Shown here piece after piece: positions 1 through 11,906 of a stretch of 64,000 nt of DNA (the first letter of the stretch is position 1; the number at the start of each line of letters is the position of its first letter). The position numbers were made by a program, and so were the translations under genes. This stretch comes from a virus (lineage: Duplodnaviria; Caudoviricetes). Location: positions 1-64,000 of IMG/VR virus record IMGVR_UViG_3300020577_011395. One strand, 5' to 3'. The notes below the pieces were generated by a model that ran no database searches, was not told the origin of the DNA, and saw only the letters and a list, made by a program, of their open reading frames with translations.

Positions 1-83
1 AAAAATTTATGTATATCAATACTTCACATATTATTGCTGCGTGGTATATTGAAACTGAATAAGCACGTATAACAATAATACTA

Positions 84-112
84 TTGACAGCCTGCTAGGT
101 TTGTGCTAGAGT
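84..112 (+). promoter_or_regulatory. sigma70-type promoter
   Basis: TTGACA-17 bp-TAGAGT with TG extended -10; preceded by AATAATACTA, also seen before the promoter at 8285. Confidence 0.75.
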
Positions 113-148
113 CTTTGAACAGTCGAGAAAACCACAAAAGAGGTTAAC

Positions 149-388
149 ATGGAAAATGCTTTGAAGTGGGCAACAACATTTGTTATATCATTTATACTAA
201 TTGTGTTTATTGCAAATGTTTTGACTGCTCTTTCTACTATTAGTGTTGACAAGAAAGAACTTCAAGAACAATTTCCAATTGTTCTAGGCGAGCTTCATTG
301 TCGCAAATTGTCTGATGGTTGTTACCACTGCAAACGTCCATATGCTGTTGGAAATCATGTTGCAAAAGACGAACTTGTGTGCCACTAA
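149..388 (+). CDS. hypothetical membrane protein
   Basis: GAGG RBS; N-terminal hydrophobic helix; Cys-rich C-terminus. Confidence 0.6.
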   Translation: MENALKWATTFVISFILIVFIANVLTALSTISVDKKELQEQFPIVLGELHCRKLSDGCYHCKRPYAVGNHVAKDELVCH

Positions 389-432
389 AAAGTAAAAAGT
401 TAGCTAACCTCTTAACACACACTGGAGAAAAC

Positions 433-771
433 ATGCAGATTCTTTCTGGTAACAACACGTTTAAGCTTCTTTGCAAGACAACAAATAAATTTGGTATTCT
501 TCTTTCGCAAAGCTGGGATGTTAATTCTGATCAATATAGTTTTGAAGAAACTGCAAAAGCCGTTCCTTTTCTTGATAGCTTCAAGGATGCACAACTATTT
601 GTAGATGGGGTTGGAATTATTCTATTTGATACAGAAGCCGAAATGAGGGATGCCTTTTCACAAGTTGTTGGAGACGATGGACCAACAAAGAATAATCCCT
701 ATAATGGCCCTGCTCGCTGGTATGCCCTTTCTTGTGACAACAACGGTAATCTCTTGACAGAAAACACTTAA
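433..771 (+). CDS. hypothetical protein
   Basis: GGAG RBS before ATG at 433 (MQILSG...). Confidence 0.6.
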   Translation: MQILSGNNTFKLLCKTTNKFGILLSQSWDVNSDQYSFEETAKAVPFLDSFKDAQLFVDGVGIILFDTEAEMRDAFSQVVGDDGPTKNNPYNGPARWYALSCDNNGNLLTENT

Positions 772-788
772 TAAACATATGGGGATAT

Positions 789-866
789 GGCTCTGTAGTC
801 CAATTGGTAGGAGACATTTGACTTAAAATCAAAACAGTGTCGGTCCGAATCCGACCAGAGCCACCA
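789..866 (+). tRNA. tRNA-Leu(TAA), short variable arm
   Basis: acceptor GGCTCTG/CAGAGCC-A-CCA; anticodon arm TTTGA-CTTAAAA-TCAAA; T-loop TCCGAAT. Confidence 0.9.
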
Positions 867-904
867 AATATTTCGTATAATCTTTGTCTACCACCTATTT
901 ATAG

Positions 905-1507
905 GTGGAGGCAAATAACATGGAGATGTGCCATTTAGGCTGTGGACAAGAAGCAAAATATAAAAATAAGCAAGGAAAGTATGTATGTAGCCAGTATTCT
1001 ACGCAGTGTATTCAAGTACGATTAAAAAATAGTGCCGGTTTAAAAAAAGCATTTAAGGAAAATCGCAAACGAACCCCGTTTAATCAAAAAGATTTAGAAC
1101 AATCACGCATTTCAAGAGAAAAGAATCTTTCTTCTGTTCCTTTTGAGAAACAAAGTTGGGAGCGACAAAGAAAAACGGTTCTTGCAGAACAAGATAACAA
1201 ATGCTTGATATGCGGATTATCAGAATGGCAAGGGCACAAAATAAAACTTCAAGTAGATCACATAGACGGCAACTGGTCTAATGATGCTAGAAATAACCTA
1301 AGAGCGTTATGCCCCAATTGCCACAGCAATACTGAAACTTATTGTAGTAAAAACATTAATACTAGAAAAAAAGTTGAAGATTCAAGAATAATTGAAGAAA
1401 TAAATAAAGGACTTTCGATTAGAAAAATACTAATAAATGTTGGGTTGACACCGAAAGGTGGCAACTACGAAAGAGTAAATAAACTCAGATACAAATATCC
1501 GTCTTAA
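905..1507 (+). CDS. HNH homing endonuclease
   Basis: CxxC...VDHIDGN...N...NLRALCPNCHS motif; paralogue of 40659..41279. Confidence 0.9.
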   Translation: MEANNMEMCHLGCGQEAKYKNKQGKYVCSQYSTQCIQVRLKNSAGLKKAFKENRKRTPFNQKDLEQSRISREKNLSSVPFEKQSWERQRKTVLAEQDNKCLICGLSEWQGHKIKLQVDHIDGNWSNDARNNLRALCPNCHSNTETYCSKNINTRKKVEDSRIIEEINKGLSIRKILINVGLTPKGGNYERVNKLRYKYPS

Positions 1508-1542
1508 ATGATGTATCGGTTCGAGTCCGACTATCCCTACCA
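1497..1542 (+). pseudogene. 3' half of a disrupted long-variable-arm tRNA (probably Leu); 5' remnant GGGGATATGG at 781-790
   Basis: variable arm CGTC/GATG, T-arm TCGG-TTCGAGT-CCGA, and TATCCCT-A-CCA which pairs with GGGGATA at 781-787. Confidence 0.8.
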
Positions 1543-1578
1543 ATTTAGTTTTAACATTCAACAAAAGGAATAAATAAA

Positions 1579-1779
1579 ATGATTTTCATTCTTATTGTGT
1601 GTTATGTGAGTATCGGCATTATCGTTGCTGGTATTGCTGACGGGCTTGAAAATACTCAAGATCCTAGTTTTGGTTTCATTTGTTTTTGGCCTTTGGTTGT
1701 ATTGGCTTTCATAGCTATGAAGTCAGCACATTATCTATATAAGTTTGGTGTATACCTTGGAAAAGAGTCAAACAAGTGA
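1579..1779 (+). CDS. small membrane protein
   Basis: two hydrophobic segments; FWP motif. Confidence 0.6.
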   Translation: MIFILIVCYVSIGIIVAGIADGLENTQDPSFGFICFWPLVVLAFIAMKSAHYLYKFGVYLGKESNK

Positions 1780-2084
1780 TCCTTAAAAATAGGGCATTCT
1801 GCCTTGAATGTAATACGGAAATCGAGTCCACGCATCGACATGATTTTGTTAGGTGTCCTTGTGGTAATCTAGCTGTGGACGGTGGAAAAGATTATCTTAA
1901 GCGTTCGGCTAAAGACTTTAACAAGATTAAAGACACAAGCATTATCGTAGAAGAGAAAACAGCAGAAGAACTTTCATACGATGAAAAACTTACCCAATGT
2001 CACAGATATGGTCTTTGTTGTATGAAAGACTATGTTAAACAAAAATGGGAATCAACTTGTGATATCTGCCCACATAGGATTTAA
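1776..2084 (+). CDS. Zn-binding phage protein
   Basis: CxxC...RHDFVRCPCGNLAVDGG motif common in phage hypotheticals. Confidence 0.65.
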   Translation: MILKNRAFCLECNTEIESTHRHDFVRCPCGNLAVDGGKDYLKRSAKDFNKIKDTSIIVEEKTAEELSYDEKLTQCHRYGLCCMKDYVKQKWESTCDICPHRI

Positions 2085-2107
2085 CAACTTTATAAAAGAG
2101 TTCGCGA

Positions 2108-3604
2108 ATGCACATTAAAACAGGCGATTTGTTTAGCGGAAGATATAATGGTTTTCTTTATGTTGTTACAGATAAAGAAAACGGCTTAAAACCTACATTT
2201 CGTTTGTTTTCATTAACATCATCGAGGTATATCTTTGAAAGAGATATTACGTTGATAGACCCATATGTGTATGTGAAACTAACCTAAATGAATATCAAAT
2301 CTGGTGATTTGTATCAAAGTATAAAATATGGTTTTATGTATGTTATTCTGAATAAGCGTAACGTAGATGAAACTTATAATGTATATGATGTATCAGATAG
2401 AAAAATACGGTGGGAGAGGACAGCTAATCTTAGCAATTCAAATATTTATAGGAAGTTAGCATAATGCCAAATATTAAAATTGGTGACGTATTCATCAACC
2501 GCACAAAAGAATTAGTTGTTGTCGTTGCGCAACATAAATATTTAAAAGATCATTATCACTTTTATTACATAAAGTATAATGTTAAATGCATAGTGAGTAT
2601 TAATTCTGATTTTAACTATTGGTACAAAAGGCTAACAAATGATTAAGCCTGGCGATTTGTTTATAACTTCCTATTTGTATTCTTATTTTGTTATTATATC
2701 TGGGCCTTTAGGCAATATTTATGCAGGTTATGATTTAAAGTCAGCACGAACTTATTTCGAGAGTGAAGGCGCTTTGTTAGATCCTCTCTTTTATAAAAAG
2801 GTGGCATAATGTCAAATATAAAAAATTGGTGATGTGTTTATTTGGCAATTATCAGAACCGCCAGAAATTGTTATCATTGTTAGCGAAGAGTACAAGCATC
2901 ATTATCCGATAGATATGAAATTGCACAAATTTTATAATCTAACGCTTGAAAGGTTTGAAATAGACGAGCCGCACAATCTTCTAAGCGCATCTCATTATAC
3001 CAGGTTAGTTGCAGAGAACAACAATGGTTAAAATTGGGAAAGTGTTTGTCTGGGTTTTTGGAACGCCAGCAATTTCAATTATTATTGGAAAAGTAGGAAA
3101 ATATAATTATAGATTGTATAATATGACTTTTGATAGATTTGAAATACACACTAAGGCCGAACTTCTAGATAAAAGATATTATAGAGAGCTTACTCCAAAT
3201 GATTAAACCTGGGCAAGTGTTTATTTTCCAAAGTGGAAGAACACCAGAGATAATGATTGTTATTTCAGAAGAAAAGCAGTATTATTCTTGTAAAGGTCAT
3301 GCGCTTTACAACTTAACTTTACAAAAGTTTGAATGGGATGAAACCTCACTTCTGAAAAATATTAAAAATTATAAAGAGCTTACTTATGGAGAATAAAGAA
3401 ATTAAAGTTGGTGATATATTTCTTGGTATATTCAACCACCCAAACCCTTGTATATTCAACCACCCAAACCCTTGTATGTTTATTATTCTAGATGAGATAA
3501 AAGAGCATCAAGGATTTAAAACTTACAACATAAATACTGGTGTTAAAAATTGGGATAGTATTACCGCTTTTAATAATTCAAAACTTTATACCAAACTTAC
3601 CTAA
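2108..3604 (+). CDS. tandem cluster of 8 small KxGD paralogues (2108-2287, 2288-2464, 2464-2646, 2639-2809, frameshifted ~2809-3031, 3024-3206, 3199-3396, 3386-3604)
   Basis: shared IKxGD(L/V)F N-terminus and YxxL C-terminus; overlapping start and stop codons. Confidence 0.75.
3427..3477 (+). repeat. in-frame 24-bp tandem duplication
   Basis: TATATTCAACCACCCAAACCCTTG x2 (IFNHPNPC x2). Confidence 0.95.
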
Positions 3605-3636
3605 TAATATATATTTTCTTTGAAAGCGGTTGGAAT

Positions 3637-4959
3637 ATGATAAATGGTCCCAAAGTTGGAGAAATATGGGCGCAGCATAACTTTTATTATCTTATATTGA
3701 AAGTCGACTTTGAAAGTGTAGATCTATTTTCGTTTACACGTGCAGAAATATTTTCAAGTTTTCCGATTAAGTATTTTGTAAACGGCTCTTGGGTTAAACA
3801 ATGTTAAAAAATAATCCAAAAGTAGGAGAAATATGGTGCTATGAAAAAGAAAAGTATATAGTTCTAGATATTATTATACAACAAGAAGAAACATATATTA
3901 ATTTTGCTTGTTTAGACAGCGATGATTTTGGAGCCTTATATGGCGATTACGAGCTTAGTGAAATGCAAACGCCATTTTGGAAGAAATTAGTTTAATTATT
4001 AAACAAGGAGCAATATAAAATGTATTCCATCACAAATATTATTTACGGTTATCCTATCACAACTGAAATTTCTAATCTTATTATCAAAAAAGAAGAAGAC
4101 CCAAATTCAGACTGGAACGAAGACAATGATATGGTTTGTGGCTTTAATAAGTATTATCATGGTTCTAGTGATTGTATTGTAGGATATGTTGGTGTCGAGC
4201 TAGATTCATTTGATGAATGCGGTGAAATGCTCAAACCTAGTAGCCTTAAGATGCAGCCGACAGAAAAACAAAAGCAGCAAGCTCTTAAAAAGATTAATGC
4301 GCTCACACCAGATTTCAAAAAGCTTGTTGGCGAGCCTGACGTATTCTTTGTTTTCTCAACATCGTAATGCGTAAAGTATCATATAATCCTAGTAAAGCTA
4401 AGCCAGGTGATTTATTCTTTTATCATAATTGGGATGGTAGTTTAAATTTTAAAATTGTTGTTAAGACAAGCCCTGTTTTATTGGTATATCATTGGAAGCA
4501 AAAAACGGTAGTTCAGTATACACCCACTAAAGAGTTTGATTACCACACTTATGTAGAGTGACATAAAAACATGGCGAATAATAAGCCCACTAAAGGAGAA
4601 ATTTGGGCATTTAAAGAACAAAGATATCTTATTTTAGAAACTTATTACAAAGATTTAGATTATACAAGTTTGTTTCCACTAGATTTACAAAATACTGATA
4701 TAATCGTATATCCTTTATATCATTTTACTAATATGTACTGGAAAAAAATATGTTAATTAAACCTAAAATTGGAGAAATCTGGCAATATGGTAAAAATGCA
4801 GGTCTTAAACCCTTTGGAAACTGCTATCTTATATTAAATGTAGTTACTAAATATATTGATTTATGTTGTATTGAAAATCTTATTAAAGGTGAAGTTAAAA
4901 AATTTTCGCTTTATCCGCAATCTTCATTTGATAATGATGAATGGTATAAGATTTGCTAA
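3637..4959 (+). CDS. cluster of PKxGEIW small paralogues plus hypothetical 4020-4367
   Basis: PK(V/I)GEIW...W(K/Y)K motif in the ORFs at ~3637, 3801, 4571 and 4750. Confidence 0.7.
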
Positions 4960-5202
4960 AAAAGGTATTATATGCGATTTAAAAAAGGTCATATATATTC
5001 CGAAAAGAACAGTAATACAAGAGAAAAAAGTATTCTATTCTTATTTTTAGATGACAATTGTTCTATAAAAGGTATTGCTAGTATTTCACCATATTGTTAT
5101 AATGAACGAAACCCGCTTGGCGATTTTACTATAGATACTAAGTATTATATTTATAGAGATTTAACTCCTGAACTAAAATAAGAAAATATTACTTTATTAC
5201 TA

Positions 5203-5231
5203 TTGACAAACAAAATGGTTTGTGCTATGGT
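5203..5231 (+). promoter_or_regulatory. sigma70-type promoter
   Basis: TTGACA-17-TATGGT, TG extended. Confidence 0.7.
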
Positions 5232-5679
5232 GTGGGTTCAATGACTACAAAAACAATTAAAATCGGTGACATATTAGAAGAAAAGTCTTATATTGGTTCT
5301 GCTTTTTTTGTTGTGTTAGATATAGAAAACAAGAAAGGTAGTATAACTTTGTTTAGGGTAGACAACAGTAAGATATTGCCTAGCTGGAGTCTTTCGGATG
5401 TAAGAAATCGTCTTACAAATCAGAGTTTTAACAGCGTGGCTTCGCATAGATATAAGATTCATTCGGGTAAGACAAACAAAGGGCAAAACAAAAATGAAGA
5501 ACAATAAAGATAATAACCTCTCGCCGTTCCAAACCATTTACGATAAGCGTTCAAACATCAAGATGAAACACATGAACAAAAAGTATGAAGATAACAAGCG
5601 TAAACAGCACATGGATGAAGAAGAAGATTATTATGATCCTGCAATTCCTGGTCTAACCGAAGAATAGAGTAAAAAACTA

Positions 5680-6042
5680 ATGGGCTATTACACTAATTAC
5701 AAATTAGAAATTACTGGCAATCCAGATAAGGTTGATGCTTTTTACGAGGCCACAAAGATCAAACATCGCTTTAGGGATAAACTGCTTAATTACGAAGAGC
5801 GTTCTGAAATTGAAATATTACATGAAATGCTAGAAGCTACTTTCAATAGTAAATTTTATAATCACGAACAATTTTTTCTAAAACTGTCAAGCAATGATCA
5901 GAACCGAGATTTGCTGTTTACTGTAGACGGAGAAGGCGAAGAATCTGGAGATATTTGGAAAAAGTATTTTAAGAATGGTAAGATGTTTGTATCCCAAGGC
6001 AGAATCGTCTTTGATGACTTTGATGAAAGCAAACTAACATGA
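5680..6042 (+). CDS. conserved phage hypothetical
   Basis: MGYYTNY...GEGEESGDIWKKYFKNGK pattern. Confidence 0.65.
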   Translation: MGYYTNYKLEITGNPDKVDAFYEATKIKHRFRDKLLNYEERSEIEILHEMLEATFNSKFYNHEQFFLKLSSNDQNRDLLFTVDGEGEESGDIWKKYFKNGKMFVSQGRIVFDDFDESKLT

Positions 6043-6264
6043 CAGATGGTCTTAAACAAGAAGTTCTAGTTGGAGATTTGGTTGCGCATATTGACATGCG
6101 CGGTTATTGGAGGTTATGTGTCGTTTTAAAAATTATTAACGATACTCAAGCAAGGGTAACACCTCTAAAGGGAGGCAGTCCTTATCAAAATAGCAATAAA
6201 GCCTTCAACGCTAATAGCTATAAGTTTGTTAAAGTGGTACAACAAAAACCAGAGTAACATAAAC

Positions 6265-6762
6265 ATGAGCAATACATATTTCACTTCTGATACCCATTTC
6301 TTTCACTTCAATATCATTTCTTATTCTAAGCGCCCTTTCAAAGACGTAGAAGAAATGAATGAGAAGATGATTGAAATTTGGAATTCTATTGTCGGCCAAG
6401 ATGATGTTATCTATCATCTTGGCGATTTTTGTATGGGTATCAAAGAGGAGAACACACCAAAGATTCTTAAACGGCTCAACGGCTATAAGATCCTCATTCG
6501 TGGCAACCATGATATGAAGCCAGATAAAATGATTGCTGCCGGGTTTAATGAGGTTCACGAAAAACTGTTTATTGAAACTTATAAAGGACCAGTTTTTCTT
6601 TGCCATTATCCAACTCCAAATGGGCATTGGAGTGAACAAGCCGAGTATCATTTTTGTGGTCACATCCACGAAATGTGGAAGAAGAAAGAAAAAATGATCA
6701 ATGTTGGTGTAGACGTTTGGGACTTTTGTCCAAAGACCGCTCAGGAGCTTTTTGATGAGTGA
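6265..6762 (+). CDS. calcineurin-like metallophosphoesterase
   Basis: DTH, GDF, GNHD and GHIHE motifs. Confidence 0.9.
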   Translation: MSNTYFTSDTHFFHFNIISYSKRPFKDVEEMNEKMIEIWNSIVGQDDVIYHLGDFCMGIKEENTPKILKRLNGYKILIRGNHDMKPDKMIAAGFNEVHEKLFIETYKGPVFLCHYPTPNGHWSEQAEYHFCGHIHEMWKKKEKMINVGVDVWDFCPKTAQELFDE

Positions 6763-7343
6763 AAAAAAATTGGTTACTTACAAATATGGCGATACTAAGT
6801 TCCCATTTAAGAATGGTGATCTTGTGGGCTATGTTTGTTATCCAGTAAATGAAAAACATTCATGTATGGATTACAAAGGTGTTAAATATTATACAGTCTT
6901 TATTGTGATTGATGCAGAAACATTTGAATGTCTTGAAGTATTGGATTCATATAAAAGTGGTTTTTTGAACAACAGCACTGTTGATAGTTATTACACCTTA
7001 ATTCCTGAAAATCTCACCTTTGAGGACATTTATCATAAAATCGAATAACATTGGAGTTCCTGTGGAGAATAAGAAAATTATTAAATACGATATGAATTCG
7101 AAAAAGTTTCCATTCAAAAATGGCGATTTAGTTGGACATGTATGTTGGGAACACAATAAAAATAGATTTTGTTTAGAACGCAATGGCATAAGGTATTGGA
7201 GCCTTAATCTTATTACAAATTCAAAAAAGAAAACTGGTATTATGCTTTTAACCCACAGAGGCGGATTTTCGATGGAACGCAACATGTTTATCTATCCAAC
7301 TAAAGAAATGCACGAAGAAGATGTTTATCATAAAATTGAATAA
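6752..7343 (+). CDS. tandem paralogue pair
   Basis: both share KFPFKNGDLVG and end in ED(I/V)YHKIE. Confidence 0.75.
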
Positions 7344-8284
7344 CATAAAAGGAATAACAAACATGGAACTGATTTCTGGTAAGAACAATAAGCCCATCCA
7401 AGTTGTTGTGCATTATAACCGAAAGACGGCAGAAAATGGTATGCCTTGGACGATTCATGTTAAAGGAAGATGTATTCAGGTAAATCAAGTCGTGTTCAGC
7501 AAGGGCGTTTCAACAGTTTATATGCCCAACAAAAAGACTAATCCAAAAGGTTTCTTAAAGACAAAAGGTAAGGTTAAACTAACTGGTAGTCTATCTAATT
7601 TAATCGGAGAGATTTATTAAAATGAAAACAAAAAACAAAAACATTGCTAAGCCAAAACTTCAATCTTCTACATATTATGATTGGAGCGATATTGAAAATT
7701 ATTTATACCTAAAAGAAAGCATAAAACAAAATGAATCAGCAGAAGATTTATGGCACTTTATAGTTGATATATATGAACCTCAAAATGGCACAACTCATAC
7801 TATCGATTTTGAATATTTACTAGAAGTCTCAAAACATAAATGGCAGAAAGACATTGTAAAAACTCTTATGAAAGAACTTCCGGCGAAAAGGTAATGTTCT
7901 CATGGTAAACAATAAATTTTATATGATTCGCGATCAAAAGACTGGTGAATTTAGCAGAGGTGGAGCTTCATACGTATATTTTAGCAAGAAAGGTAAAATG
8001 TGGACGAAGTCTGCTTTAGAATCCCATCTAACGTCTTTATACCGGAACCTTTCCTATGGCCATAGAGATGAAAAAGATGATATGAATGCAGGTATTATTG
8101 ATGAAGATCGAAAACTCATCATCCACAAATTCTGGCTATCGGATAGAAACCCATATAAAGCATGTGACATTGTTGAGGTTAATTTTGAATATAAAGTTCT
8201 ATCAGATGTTTTCACTCATTTAAACAAAAGGAATGAAACGCCTAAGCGTATTAAAAAAAATAAGCAAATCAAAGAATAATACTA

Positions 8285-8313
8285 TTGACAACACCATAAG
8301 TGTATGCTAAGGT
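8285..8313 (+). promoter_or_regulatory. sigma70-type promoter
   Basis: TTGACA-17-TAAGGT, TG extended. Confidence 0.7.
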
Positions 8314-8731
8314 TGGACACCGTTGAAGAACTTTTCTTTTAACTCTATTAATATTTAGAGGGTTTGCATATGACAGATAAACAAGTGAAGAACATTATTA
8401 AAATGACAGAAAAGATTATATATGAACCTTATTATTATTGTAATAATGAATATCCTCGCATTGAAATTACTTATAGAGATTGGTTGCCAGATGGTGTTAG
8501 ATACGTTGCAGAATACTTAAAAACCGTTTCTGATTACCGTGTTATCGCGCAAGGAAGCATAAAAGAAGTTTCTGACTATGCACATAAGTTTATTAGGCTC
8601 AATCCTACGCAGAGTAATATTATATGGTATTCTCCGCTAAGCCACCAACAACACTTATCATTTGAAAAGATTTTTCCTGGTATTGAGATCACTGTTAACC
8701 TTACAAAGAAGAAGAACAAGGATAAATAAAA

Positions 8732-9502
8732 ATGCGAATCATTTCAAAGTTTAAAGACTATTATGATTCTTGTATGTATTATGGCATGGACAAGGATTTG
8801 GTTTATGCACGTCATGTTGAAACTAAAAACGGGTCTATCAAAGAACTTTTAGAAACAAGTGAACTGCGCTCTTACGAATCAAACAAAACAAACATTTATT
8901 ATGCTTTTGGCAATATTGGTTTTTGTGGTAAGTTCTACCCATACATTAAATTTGAACGTGGTCTTCCGACAGACCGCATAACACAGATTAAGCCACCTAA
9001 TGAAGTTGTGTTTTGTTATAATTTTGAGCAAGTAGAAGAGTATATGAACTCTTTTCCGTATACTGGTAACTTTATGGGTTATTATCGGACGAAGCTAACC
9101 GATAAGCAAAAGAGGCATTATCCTGTTAGTTCACACTTGCCATACCAGTATTGGAACGATGCAGATACTTTGGAAAACTACTTTAACAAATGTACAAAAC
9201 AAAACCTAGAACCTTTCTTTGAGCATAAAACTCCCATTATTATTGCAGTGAATCGAGAACGTGGAAACCAAGATACATCACTTAAAACGAATATTAGTTT
9301 AAAAGAATATCAATTCTATCGTATGTTCGATGCCTTTAAAGCGTTCCAAGAGATTTCAATGTTCCTTGGCGGTGTTATGCCTCGTACTGGTAAAGAAACA
9401 GTTATTCTTAGCGATGTTATGAAGCGCGATAAACACGGGTTTGATAACATGTCATTCAAGACATATTCACCTGGTAAGAAGGCTAACCGGAAGAATAAAT
9501 GA
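8732..9502 (+). CDS. conserved phage hypothetical
   Basis: MRIISKFKDYYD...GFCGKFYP...AFQEISMFLG...KHGFD pattern. Confidence 0.7.
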   Translation: MRIISKFKDYYDSCMYYGMDKDLVYARHVETKNGSIKELLETSELRSYESNKTNIYYAFGNIGFCGKFYPYIKFERGLPTDRITQIKPPNEVVFCYNFEQVEEYMNSFPYTGNFMGYYRTKLTDKQKRHYPVSSHLPYQYWNDADTLENYFNKCTKQNLEPFFEHKTPIIIAVNRERGNQDTSLKTNISLKEYQFYRMFDAFKAFQEISMFLGGVMPRTGKETVILSDVMKRDKHGFDNMSFKTYSPGKKANRKNK

Positions 9503-11850
9503 GCTATAAGATTGGTTCTATATATACGGATACAACTTCACGATATAAGCGGTATCTTATTATTTTAAAAATTGAAAAAGAAATGATTTGTTACTATTAT
9601 ATGGATTTGGAAACGGCTCTCAACAGAAAGCATGTAAAAATATACAATTCTAATAAAGATCTTTTTGATAGAATGATTAATTCTTGGAAAATGGAGGGCT
9701 AAGTGGCAAAGCTAAAAGCTGGTTCAATATATATTAGCTCAGAGCCAAATGCCAAAAGGTACATTATTGTCTTAAAAATTGATTGCTTGTATATTGATTA
9801 TTATTATATTTCACCATCATACGAGAATGAATATCATTCGTATAAAGACAATTTTAGAAAGCTTATTAATAGTGGCTGGCAAATGCGAGGATAAATGTCA
9901 CAACTAAAAATTGGTTCAATTTATAAAAGTATGTATAGCCAGAATAGATATCTTATTATCCTGGATTTTGACGAAATTATGGTTAGGTTTTATCATTTCG
10001 GTAATAAAGTTGAAGGACTTGAATCTATACATGAACTAAATTTTTCTAGTTTTATAAAGAATATTAGCGAAGGTTGGGTTAAGCATGAACCAGAATGAAC
10101 ACAATTTAAAAATTGGGACAATATATAGTGATAAAAAGCGTCCCACTAGGTATCTTATTATTTTAGGCTTTAATAGATCCATTGTTAAATTTTATCATGT
10201 TGATAACGTATCCTGCATATCGAGATATTGTGAAGAAGATTTTAGAGGCTTCATTAATAGTACAAACTCAGGCTGGCATAAGTATGAACCGAAATAAAAA
10301 TATACTTGAAGTTGGATCAATTTTGTATGATAAAACTTGTAAAACCGAAAACATATACTTGGTTATTTTAAATATTGATGATAATGGAATTACTTGTTAT
10401 AGACAAGAGTCACACAGCACCAGACCATATATTTTTACAACTTCTTCAAATTTAATTGGATGGGAAAGACATAAGCCTTCCCGTAAAAGGAAAATTAATG
10501 TTTAGCCCACCTAAAGTCGGTGATATGTATATGTTTAGCCCACCTAAAGTCGGTGATATGTATAAAGACGGTAATAGGCTTTTAGTTGTTTTAGAATTAG
10601 ATATTAAAGCATATGATACAATAAAAATTTGTAAATGGCTTTCTATCGTTAAGGGTGAAAAATTAGAAGTAGTTGAAGAGATCCAATATCAGTTCTATGA
10701 CCATCTTAATAGATTTTGGGTGAAATGTGGAAAATGACAATCATATTCCTAAAGCTGGTGATCTTTATGAAGCAATTAATTTTGGAATAAAAAAATTTAT
10801 AGTAATTCTAGCCACAGACATTCCAAGGTTTGATGGTGCTAAAAAATGTAAATTTCTTACAATTCGCAAAGATAATGAATTCCATATATTGTATGAAGAA
10901 CAAAATAGGTGTTTTGACGACCTTCTTAAATATTGGGTGAAACGTGGGTGAAACAAAAAACAAGTCTGGTTTTCAATCAGTTAAGATTGGCGATCTTATA
11001 ATTGACAACGGTATGGTTTTGATTGTTCTTAGAGCTAGGCAAGGTGGAAACTGGACATTATATAATGCACTAAGCGGTAGCGATTGGTATTTACTAAACA
11101 GATCGGTCTATTCGTCAGAAGACGTAAAACATATTCCTATCTAATAAGATTTGCGGCGGCTGGCGATCGCTTTCCACATATATAAGATCAAAGGCTCAAT
11201 AAAATGTTTATAAAATTCAGCAAGAAGCTTAGGGTAGGGGACTTTGTTACTCATAAAGATTTAACAAAGTTTGGTCGAGGCGTAATTATTAAAATAGAAG
11301 AAGATGTTAAAGATTGGGGTACTATTGCAAGGGTTATGTGGCAAGGCACAAATTCTGAAACCACTGCTATCTCTGACCATCGAATTGTTAATCTGGTTAA
11401 ATCTAAAGGATAAATATGCTATGACAAATGAATCAGTAAAAGAGCTGAAATCTGGTCAGCTTATAAAATCTACTTTGGTTGGTGGTATCTTTGTAGTTTT
11501 AGGTGATTGTTCTGAAAAAGAGATTCAAACTGAATTTTATACTTACCATGTGGATAATTTTTTTAAGAAGGTATATTGCGTTACAAACAAAAGTTTATAT
11601 GTTGTGACGAAAACAACCGCACAATTTTTCAATTTTATTGAATACAAAGGGTAGTGGTGAAATGACATATATAGATTTTGAAGAACTAAAAAACGGACAG
11701 CTTGTAGAACTTTATGGCTCGATATACATAGTTTTAGGTGAAGGCCCGTTTCACAGCAAAAATGCTTTTTGTGTTAAAAATCATAAAACTTATGGTATTA
11801 CAAAAGAAAATTCATATGCATTCAATCTAGTTAAATACCACGCCGAATAA
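9499..11850 (+). CDS. cluster of KIGSIY / PKxGD / KxGQL small paralogues (about 11 ORFs)
   Basis: shared motifs KIGSIY...RYLIIL and PKxGDxY...WVK; abutting or overlapping ORFs. Confidence 0.7.
10498..10563 (+). repeat. in-frame 33-bp tandem duplication at a gene start
   Basis: ATGTTTAGCCCACCTAAAGTCGGTGATATGTAT x2. Confidence 0.95.
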
Positions 11851-11906
11851 ATCTTCTCTTTACTCCACAATATTTCTGGTCTATACTTGCCTATATTGGA
11901 GCGAGT

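Noticed and set aside
781-1542. Group I intron in tRNA-Leu(UAA)
   Set aside because: The break is after position 10 rather than in the anticodon, the old D and anticodon arms are missing, the insert is filled by a whole tRNA and an ORF, and no intron core is recognisable.
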